Positions 59,601 through 64,000 of a stretch of 64,000 nt of DNA are shown here, piece by piece. The position numbers and the translations under genes are program-made. Position 1 is the first letter of the stretch; every line of letters starts with the position of its first letter. The notes beneath the pieces were generated by a model. That model was not told the DNA's origin. It saw only the letters and a program-made list of their open reading frames with translations, and searched no databases. The DNA comes from a virus (taxonomy: Duplodnaviria; Caudoviricetes), in the IMG/VR virus record IMGVR_UViG_3300021958_008980, positions 12,465 to 76,464 of that record. One strand, 5' to 3'.

Positions 59601-60483
59601 CCGTGGTGCTTGTGGCATCTTTGATTTGCAGTATTCCGTACATGGCATCATGATTGCCGCACTGATAGTACAAAGTGTCTGGTGCACCAGTAGTTGGGAC
59701 TGTAAATGTTACTGTACCTTTGTCAGCACCATTATTTGACACACCTGTACTGAAAATTGTAGATGTTGATCCATCAACGGAAACCTTGCTTTTGTAAGGC
59801 TCTGTCATGATCCAGAAAGGGTGTCCTTTGGCGTCAACACTGAACTTGTAGGTGTTACCTCTATACAGTGTCAATATCGGATTGTTTTCGTTTTCCCTGT
59901 GCGTGAATTCGTACGCAGACTGACTGTTGTTGGTTACTGTGTATTCTACTACGGCTGAAGGTCCCACTGAGTCTATCTCAATCGATCCAGGGCCTGCCGG
60001 CATCCAGTAGTACTCTCTATAGTTGATCAATTTGTCATAGTCAATTGCAGGGTTCCAACTGTAGACTGTTTCTTTGTTGAGCCTGTCATGATTTTGGACC
60101 TTTCCGCCAAAATACTTGATTTGATTTATGTAATCGTCGTATGTCCCTGTGAACTTAACCTGATCTTCGGGATTGACTGATGTGGTGTCTCTGTCTGTGT
60201 AGGTCACAGCAGGTTCCAACTGATATGCGAATCTGTCAGCACTAGTGGCAGTAAGGTAGCGATCGGTCACACTCCTTGTGTAAGCGTCCTGTCTACCAAT
60301 GAAACCATCTAATCTTTCAAGTGATCCTTTTTGTACCAACGGATCTAAAGTGCTGGCCAAGAATCTTTGATTGGAGTCTGTCCTATAGAAAGCAGGTAGG
60401 TGCTGAACTGTTCTTCTGAATTCGTTGTTGCCTTGCTTTACAACTTCGTTGTTAGTCAGTGCGTTTGTTGGATTGTCGGCCAT
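47635..60483 (-). CDS. giant (4282 aa) baseplate/virion structural protein
   Basis: Uninterrupted ORF, TAATG-coupled to the gp6-like gene. It contains a cupredoxin-like motif, about 7 FG-GAP-like blades, GDGSTxxF repeats and 17 DGST motifs. Confidence 0.8.
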   Translation of the reverse strand: MADNPTNALTNNEVVKQGNNEFRRTVQHLPAFYRTDSNQRFLASTLDPLVQKGSLERLDGFIGRQDAYTRSVTDRYLTATSADRFAYQLEPAVTYTDRDTTSVNPEDQVKFTGTYDDYINQIKYFGGKVQNHDRLNKETVYSWNPAIDYDKLINYREYYWMPAGPGSIEIDSVGPSAVVEYTVTNNSQSAYEFTHRENENNPILTLYRGNTYKFSVDAKGHPFWIMTEPYKSKVSVDGSTSTIFSTGVSNNGADKGTVTFTVPTTGAPDTLYYQCGNHDAMYGILQIKDATSTTAIDVEDDIVGTKNYSLRTLSLSNGMKIKFKNSLVPTANQDKEYYVEGVGDAITLTDVEDLITPGTYATETTVLYDQVAYDSRPYAKAFYLPEKKDYITIKRDSQDRNAWSRYNRWFHRDVIEETARVGGFTPTLDEDDRAKRPIIEFDSGLALYNHGTVAKKSVTLYDTATTDAFSDVVKQTGYIIDGVALANGMRVIFSADTDPLVKNKIYDVNFVTAGDSSQVIALTEASDATPANDDSVFIEFGTANQGKTFHYDSTAETFKVSQQKTGLNQQPLFGMWDNNHVSFDDVTTYPTSNFAGAKVFAFATSDSATTDTVLGIKVKYNTINNVGDIVFESDHTSGTFTYQSGTEIVTKKYAEGHLHYTTGRATHNSRSAWIKRSVESKQRVLRTIIVDDTEKQLFPIDFFKDSASLTDLEVSVVVNGARKTITTDYTLVNGTKNRFIKFNKALKVNDQIRIAGFSSADKVDGKGIYEVPENLTTNSLNQQLGTFTYGQILGHVRDIFDKNQDVTGSIPGVSNLRDKPDARLKGGSIHQHEGPLLPAIFNLIDQNANFVTAIDYVNHEYEKWYNAFLTHATGTAYEGIVRDRVDEIISAITPGRNNSFPFYYEDMIGHGENVSTRTYTVMGSSQTEYALDSQHNITTTSNRAVYVYLNDVQLLLGTDYTFSTNDDSVNISKSLVEGDKIVIKDYADTTGSYMPTSPTKLGMYPKFTPELYTDTTYLTDTSVIRKHDGSIIKAYGDERDDLILELEKRIYNNLKTTYDSTLVDINDIMPSAFTTTDYSLMEVNDIMSADFYLWAGRNNVQYINNTVFSEGSPFTYNYARSTDRLTGKKLPGHWRGIYKYFYDTDAPHIRPWEMFGHSEKPSNWDSTYGTAPYTSGNDVLWDAVAAEPGRYGKSLIKTYLPVDASGNLLDPLAAGLVDNYDIQGRTNSWKFGDQAPAETSWRKSSAYPFTVVKTLALAKPAKFFSNMFDPSRLSTNTAGNQIDTDTGVRQTMATAKYHLETENNLKTGVTTRYQTAGYQPYIVNYLAHRNLDAKTFFYNKIKALSVQLAYKLGGFTDKENIKVLTDSVSPGSTSGSKFIPDENYKILFRTSNPVNSFYYSGVLIEKNTNLATDGSTVLGGYKVLGYSTVKPYFNFNYPTKTTTANVLSVAGSVEVKQYNNYDENVQTIPYGYVFDTVQDVADFLLGYGHWLESQGFKFNKFSNELKETLNWQNAVKEFMFWTTQEWAPGAAITVSPAADGFELDTNNSIVGKLRNLTGDYSLLDSGGRKIDISEFSTKRIGKTFELGIKSDTVGLYNVALNTVQKEHLLLFDNKTVFADIIYDPSTGFRQQRLKVVGWKTGNWNGDYYSPGFVFDSAQVTYWLANTDYKIGESVEYQGKFYVAKTNHNSGTTFTNTNWILKDSKPAPQLIPNFDYKISQFNDFYNLETNNFDESQQLLAQRLIGYQSRDYLENLFVNDVSQYKFYQGYIREKGTKNAIDKLIKAQYEDEDITLDFYPEWMIRAGQFGNVDSIENIQLTLKDNKIIANPQSIELLATSNDSKEYVRSEGVAADDLYYKPVEYTASTTFKRLDYSKEGVTRDNAQVFKTAGYPQLSQVQHTVYNIDQLLSLDVGALTNKDLIWVANKSNNDWDVLRLTHSGVKIATLASINDSTQLEITFTGSHNLTAGSTTTEADYFAITNSESTDLNAVFQVKATPSHKTVIIDYDGSLGFIPALEDGSTADSFGNVYKFVSVRVSSIDNVNDLIAFDQYEKKDTAIGFSGDKVFADADTSGLWRVYEKQDPYTTGTVLSPDTTTGSQEFGHRIVARNDGRTVVVSAPGKGQGTIHFLFRSSNVAGTVLSTQSSATMSDNDDNTSRLGESLSISSDENFIVAGAPYANAVGADGSTRFIDSGLIKVYRWDSSTFKYAQLNTITGPFDGSTNLENANFGWDHKISEPGSGSTVLDTNKYLFVSAPGHDSDQGRVYFYKYAIGSDGSTYDTWTQDYVIEAPDGGSGQRFGHRLQANDNGNILAVSSLAPGNAGKVEIFVRSSASNDGSTINAFTLTQTLTGVSSDGSSINTAFGESLAMSKDGTTLIVGAPGVDGTENPDTGAVYYYKWNADGSTNTYTLQQTITLPDREENIKFGTTLAINQQGNRIVIGAENFGSAREMKFDSGETSFDLQDTTIIDDNKGSGGAFTATLYNTKFILDDRLGSDNISSNDDFGRGVCVIDNSLFVGAPDDDGNTTSDGSTKVDGDGTVECYDLTENGKYAWNNIVTEKALIDIDKLGKVFEFDKRTKQIRDHYDLYDPVKGRILGLADREINIKTTWDPATYNFGPQANSKTAWAEDHIGEVWWDLSTVKWIWYEQDTQEYKVNHWGQTFPGSTIDVYEWVESKLLPSQWNARPQNSGEVISGTPLHADDTNYTVVQKYDSRLNKFVNFYYYWVKGKQTLPTNSVVTRKNAVSYVANLISDPNRFDYKYYAVTDTNKFLINNVNNLVNDEIVLNIDIRNNTFEGDAHSVWKLVREGDKEYRPATSIEQRWWDSLIGKNDAGDLVPDVDLPVNERYGNRIRPRQSWYVNRYDALKEIIDYANSVLKKNQLSGQINLDNLDSKEPEPTAQSLEWDASVDTYAELTYINTADLSGTVNYLVKADETANNYWAIYQWDGTEWTRTKLQTYNTSVYWSYTDWYKTDGDMSHDENTKVDKQVTFQYELDTLDFAVGSHVKVTSADTGGWKLFMKTADGWENVGTENGTVRLSTKLYDYSQDATGFAGQDNFDDNFFDQEPSIETRKVLTALRDDLFINDLAVEYNTLFFTGLRKVLSEQTYVNWMFKTSFVNVKNSVRELNQRKSYTTGTDSWIESYINEVKPFHTKLREYKLAYDTLETQDGIFTDFDNPTFYDPITGKIRTLNVTSDSSKLTEYPWQMWNDYHKKYVSSITVTAGGSGYEVAPTVTLLGGTVGSTGPFQIQATSSSGTTIGQFGYFFPLFTGKKQAEIYDSQNGGSGTTKTYIFDGYADTFYGPTASTSESVSDKSEAFKMYVTPATTAATATAIIQGGVVTKINVTGIGANYTATPTVVLSGGMKDGTTPSDPAKAYANLGNDLVRDFDTTIKFDRVSSTSRVVDWAAATSYAYNDLIRYKNQLYKVTNPFTSSTDFDDNIGSVYKVYGDETGLTAADRTKGFYTPGSGMPGNELSQLMSGVDYGGTMVTGLLFTQEQGWDKSGFYDFPFDNTGSSRIKAFRADGSTASYTFASAPKSSEVYQVYITQDDSTRRKLSDVIRGDGSTVAFTISETPEANALVEFIPFDDDGVLTPTDDRTLDSIIKGGLFTSALGHAPSDIVLEGDGFVTPDTSYAPEETIPGQMFDTVDIKVYTSPESGVPFISEMTHTGDGTETTFSVGDYPGTLGSVTVSVDGVVQKLTTNYSINVANKTITFTSAPANNSKISTKVFAISGENYRVLNTFTGDGSTTTFLTSTRGEFNLDSTSSDMYVTIDGVPTTAYTTTTAANTITVIFNSAPAASSYIQFAGFNKSTTSTRSYASVRNQTITYDGSTNRYTLTYPAGAIGPFSGLTIVELNGRVLRGPDNTYYVGDGSTYTYGVVSGLEDDSTVDPAKTITAASQVQVFVNGVKKNLNTHYTVDIGNQNVDFVTAHVPASTDVICISTLVDHQYYNEGTDIILVPSAITSPYSLSATDVLSVTTFNNALGMKQRREVLEGRGSGVFKLRFETLNGGYTYVWLNGEQLVQGQDYVVSGNTITVSGRTITSSDRLDVMYFALESATGATGFRIFKDMLNRTFYKRISKTATTKLTLVMTEGTQTITVEDASLLPTPDVAGNTPGVIFIDKERIEYFTKSGNTLGQLRRGTLGTGIKEHGSGTEVVDASGTQTIPYADTVYTNTFTGDGSTVVFALSQAPSSASELDIFIGGQRLLLTSEDGSTINYSVDGSTTAVTLSTAPASGTQIKILHKKGQVWYTAKDGNPADGKGLQASTTQQAVFIANEPTNAPE

Positions 60484-63400
60484 TAATATCCTGCCCCGCT
60501 ACTGCCGGAACTTGATCCCGAACCTGATGTAGTAGAGCCTGATACTGCTGATCCTGTTGTAGTGTTGGTTGTGGCAGTTGATGTTGATGTCACAACATTT
60601 CCCGAAGCCTCTAACTGATTGGCTCCTAGTGCTGTAATAATTGATACATCATCAACGGTGGCCCCACTGATAAAAATCTCATCTGCCGCTGAATTTATCT
60701 GGAACAGAGACCCAAAACTCTGTCCTGACTGATTAGGAACGATGACCACACTCAACAGGTCTGGTGCTAGTTCGTTGTGTATGTAAGCGGCTAATTCTGT
60801 AAAATAAAAAGCGTCTCCAAAATCCCAGTTATCCAACGCAAAGAATTCGTTTATCGCGGCAATCACTCTTGTCTTAATCACTGCATCTGACACATTAGTT
60901 TTAGTATTCTTCACAACCTTGAATGTCGCTTGGAGTTCTTCGTCTGCATTAGATCCGAACAGGATCTTGTACTTCACTGGATGGTATATGATTTGATCTG
61001 ACACTGACTTCAATGGGTTCAATGTTCCTGCGTAACTGATACGCAGTTGATCAGAGGTTGAAGCACTTGGTTTAGTTCCTCCATCTTGCAACCATATCCT
61101 GAAAAGGTTGTCATAGGTTCTTTCCAACAGATACACATCAACAATGTTTGACACGCTAGGATCAATCCTTGTCTCTTGTCCTGCGTGGTGTTTGTATTGG
61201 AAATTTATAGCACTTCTACCTTTTCGTGCTCGATAATCTGTTGTTGTGGTCAATGTGTTGGTTGTTGAACTGTAAGACTTGATCACATCCTCTGATGGCG
61301 AGTAAAAATAAAACAACTGTCCATTAGTGTACGATGTGGAATTCAAGTTGATGTCTGCTTCGTTTTGTGTTACAATAAAATTCGTAGCCGCATATGGCCT
61401 AAATCTTTCAATGTTGTCATAAGATGTGTACTTTTCAAAAAACACAAATTTAGTGGATTCAGATAGTGTTGGTTCAACGTAGATGTCAAACAATTCTGGA
61501 TTGTCAACAACTCCATCATCGTCGGCATCAAAGAAGCCGACCTTCACTTTTCTGTTGTCCTGGAAACCGTCCGCTTCTGTTACTGTATCTACTACCTGCC
61601 ATGTTAGCGGATAGCCAATGCTTGATCCTGTTGACACAATGTCGTTGGTTTTTAGAATTTTTACGCTGTCCTTGACACTTCTTCCAGTTTTATAATCATA
61701 GATTTTTTCTTGCCTGTCAAAGTGAAATTTGTTTTGGGATTCTGATTCAAATATGTAATCTAATTTCCTGTACTGAACTGTATACGTATTTCCATCATTT
61801 GTAAATTTGAACCACCAACTGGCATCTGCGTTTGTGCCGACTGTTGATCCTGTGTTAGCAAGACTGAATATTGAACTTGTGCTTAAATTAGTTGATGTTA
61901 TCACTTTCCAGGTTTCTGTGTCTATGTCGTACCTCAATCCAAATTCTTCGTACGCTTCTATCCTATCTAAAAGATCTGCTTCGAGGCTTTCCGGAAAAGA
62001 TGTAGTCAAGTTTGGAATCACTGCGTTTACCACAGCACCGTTTGGCACTATGTTTGCCAGTGTAATAGGACCAACTCCAGATTCTAAATTTCCTGTACCA
62101 CCGTTCGCTCCGTCAAGCACCACTGCACCTATCTTTGCCCATACTCTGTCTTCTGCGTTGTCTGTACCCGCAGTTACTAAAGTGCCATTCTTGAACTCTC
62201 TTGTGTCAGGTGATGTAAACTTCACAAGTGCACCGGGTTTAGCATATTTCAAATTTGACGTTGCAAAATCACCTACTACCAATGCGCCACCTGATGTGAA
62301 ATAACCTGTGTTTGTGTTGGTACTAGTCGTTGTTGAATTCCACGTGGCAGACAGTGTGCTTGTGTCTTTGCTTCCGTATTTCAAGTAGTAAAATTGTCTT
62401 GCGTAGGCCTCTTTCAACTTGGCCTCGACTGACGTGTCAATAGTGGACTGTATTTCACTCCTGTTACTGAAAGAGAAGGTGAATTGTTGTGTGGATTCTT
62501 CTCTGTAAATAATTCCGTCTTCGGCAAACACACTCACGTTTGAATAAGCACCTGTTGGATCTAGTATCTCTTTTGCACGAGATATTCCAGATGCAGATCT
62601 ATTCACGGATCTCACTTTTACAATCTCCTGTGACGCTGACAATGGCACAACTTGATAGTCTTCTGCTGTGATCATCCTGTTCTGTGAGTAGTACACCTGT
62701 GCGGCCTTCTCCTTTATGGAGTCGTTTGACTCGGTGGCCGCGGCGTTGTACACGCTGGCCTTAAGGCTCATCGTTATGGTCAGTGTCTGTTGTGCACCGT
62801 TGGCATCCGTGTATGGCACTGCTAATTGTACGTTCTGCATGTCCGCTGACTGGATTGCATACTTGGCATTATCGCTAACCCTCACGTAAGTTCTAAAACT
62901 TCCAAGCGGTATGTTAGAAAAATTTCCGTCTCCGAATACTAGATCTATCGCGTCGTTGTTTTTCGTCACAATGTTGTAGGTGTTTCTTTCAGATTTTGCA
63001 AGTGAATTGTATATTGCGTTGTTGCCAGACAAAGATGGAACCTTGGTCCATTTTTGTGTTATCTGTCCAAACTGGTCCAATTTGTACAACCACACATCTG
63101 TGTCATTGACGTTTGAAAGTTCTATTGGTTTTACAAAATTTGTTACGGAACTGTCAACGTTGAAATCTCTTTGTTGTAGAACTCCTTGCTTGAACAAGAA
63201 GAAAAAACCTGTGTTGTTGGAACTGTCTCCCGCTCCGTCTGACCTGTATGTGTATGTCAGTCCTGTCCCGGGAATCGGATCTGATTCGTAAATGTTGTCA
63301 GAATCGTTTGTAGTGCTTGACACAATTTCAAATGCTCTTGATACACCACCTACTGATTTTGTGAATTTAAAGATGGGCAAGTCCAATTGATTGGAACTTA

Positions 63401-63965
63401 AAGTGTATGTTTCTGTGTCGATTCCCCCTATGTTCGCTGACTCCCTTGGACTGCCGAACAGTTGTCCTGATTGGTTGGCCGCGTTCAATATTGCCGTAAA
63501 CTGCTCTCTGTAATTTGCATTCGCCGAATCATTCCAAATTACTGTGCTATTGGCCAAGTTTGTGCCTGTGCTATCTTTTACATCTTGCGTAGTTGATATC
63601 GAATCAACCTTCAACAGACCTGTCGCGGGTTTGTTACGCTTGGCGTTGTAGTTGATCAACCTCGCCAATCTAAGAACACTGTTCCTTCTCTCTGCTGTCT
63701 CCAGGAAGTTCTCCCTGGCGTTCAGGTCAACCCTGAAACTTAATGCCTGTGCTATGTAGGCTATGAGATCTATCAGTGCCACGTACTCAGAACTCTCAAC
63801 GAAATCGTTGAAATCATCCGGGTAGTTCTCCTTGAGATATGCTACCATGGTCCTTCTCAAAGTTTCAAAATCATAAGATTTGAAGTCGGCCTGTTGGAAG
63901 GCCTGGTAGATCTTCCTCCAATCTTCCGCTACTAATAATCTGTTCTGTCTATCTGTTGTGGCCAT
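60483..63965 (-). CDS. gp6: baseplate wedge subunit (T4 gp6-like)
   Basis: DFETLRRTM..YL...FNDF.ESS....LIDLIAY....LSF..D....ENFLETA.RR.SV.RLA follows the gp6 N-terminal pattern; also RMITAEDY. Ser/Thr/Gly tail ending GY. Confidence 0.8.
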   Translation of the reverse strand: MATTDRQNRLLVAEDWRKIYQAFQQADFKSYDFETLRRTMVAYLKENYPDDFNDFVESSEYVALIDLIAYIAQALSFRVDLNARENFLETAERRNSVLRLARLINYNAKRNKPATGLLKVDSISTTQDVKDSTGTNLANSTVIWNDSANANYREQFTAILNAANQSGQLFGSPRESANIGGIDTETYTLSSNQLDLPIFKFTKSVGGVSRAFEIVSSTTNDSDNIYESDPIPGTGLTYTYRSDGAGDSSNNTGFFFLFKQGVLQQRDFNVDSSVTNFVKPIELSNVNDTDVWLYKLDQFGQITQKWTKVPSLSGNNAIYNSLAKSERNTYNIVTKNNDAIDLVFGDGNFSNIPLGSFRTYVRVSDNAKYAIQSADMQNVQLAVPYTDANGAQQTLTITMSLKASVYNAAATESNDSIKEKAAQVYYSQNRMITAEDYQVVPLSASQEIVKVRSVNRSASGISRAKEILDPTGAYSNVSVFAEDGIIYREESTQQFTFSFSNRSEIQSTIDTSVEAKLKEAYARQFYYLKYGSKDTSTLSATWNSTTTSTNTNTGYFTSGGALVVGDFATSNLKYAKPGALVKFTSPDTREFKNGTLVTAGTDNAEDRVWAKIGAVVLDGANGGTGNLESGVGPITLANIVPNGAVVNAVIPNLTTSFPESLEADLLDRIEAYEEFGLRYDIDTETWKVITSTNLSTSSIFSLANTGSTVGTNADASWWFKFTNDGNTYTVQYRKLDYIFESESQNKFHFDRQEKIYDYKTGRSVKDSVKILKTNDIVSTGSSIGYPLTWQVVDTVTEADGFQDNRKVKVGFFDADDDGVVDNPELFDIYVEPTLSESTKFVFFEKYTSYDNIERFRPYAATNFIVTQNEADINLNSTSYTNGQLFYFYSPSEDVIKSYSSTTNTLTTTTDYRARKGRSAINFQYKHHAGQETRIDPSVSNIVDVYLLERTYDNLFRIWLQDGGTKPSASTSDQLRISYAGTLNPLKSVSDQIIYHPVKYKILFGSNADEELQATFKVVKNTKTNVSDAVIKTRVIAAINEFFALDNWDFGDAFYFTELAAYIHNELAPDLLSVVIVPNQSGQSFGSLFQINSAADEIFISGATVDDVSIITALGANQLEASGNVVTSTSTATTNTTTGSAVSGSTTSGSGSSSGSSGAGY

Positions 63966-63979
63966 TGTAATTACAACGG

Positions 63980-63986
63980 TATTTAT
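63980..63986 (-). promoter_or_regulatory. putative late promoter (ATAAATA)
   Basis: T4/cyanomyovirus-like late motif 14 nt before the gp6 ATG. Confidence 0.55.
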
Positions 63987-64000
63987 GTGTTAGGAAATGT

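Noticed and set aside
1-64000. tRNA/rRNA genes, CRISPR array, transposase, intein, DGR or stop-codon reassignment
   Set aside because: Intergenic gaps are under 100 nt with no cloverleaf or repeat-spacer pattern. ORFs are intact and tightly packed under the standard code, and I saw no such motifs.

Overview
This window is a fragment of a large tailed dsDNA phage genome, most likely a myovirus with a T4/RAK2-jumbo-like baseplate. It is probably marine and infects a proteobacterium, but that is inference from gene content. It has no rRNA, tRNA, CRISPR array or transposase. The plus-strand arm (1-23129) carries nucleotide and 7-deazaguanine genes (GT-B glycosyltransferase, galE, folE, guaC, a Gpt-like PRTase, yhhQ, queE). 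It also has an amidinotransferase, 2OG-Fe(II) oxygenases, a TctA/TctC transporter pair, a T4-type RNase H and a MoxR ATPase/VWA-metallopeptidase pair. The convergent minus-strand arm (23119-63965) starts with virion genes: a gp6-like baseplate wedge, a 4282-aa baseplate protein, three paralogous tail fibres and a Gly-rich fibre. These run directly into a 16.4-kb, 19-gene operon of overlapping or abutting genes. That operon encodes four GT-A glycosyltransferases, five tandem radical SAM enzymes, an SGNH-like protein, an APS-kinase-like protein, a carbamoyltransferase, an epimerase and a DegT aminotransferase. The strongest candidate for an undescribed system is phage-encoded virion glycosylation with radical-SAM tailoring: the giant baseplate protein carries 17 copies of the tetrapeptide DGST, a candidate acceptor sequon. 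The second candidate is a possibly DpdA-independent 7-deazaguanine DNA-modification route. Reading the DNA directly also showed four micro-ORFs missing from the ORF track, one of them a lipoprotein flanked by a 15-bp direct repeat. It also showed sigma70 and TAAATA late-type promoters, four of which sit exactly 6 nt before an ATG (apparently leaderless), and two abutting perfect palindromes over a promoter. All product calls come from motif recognition by eye; no database search was run.
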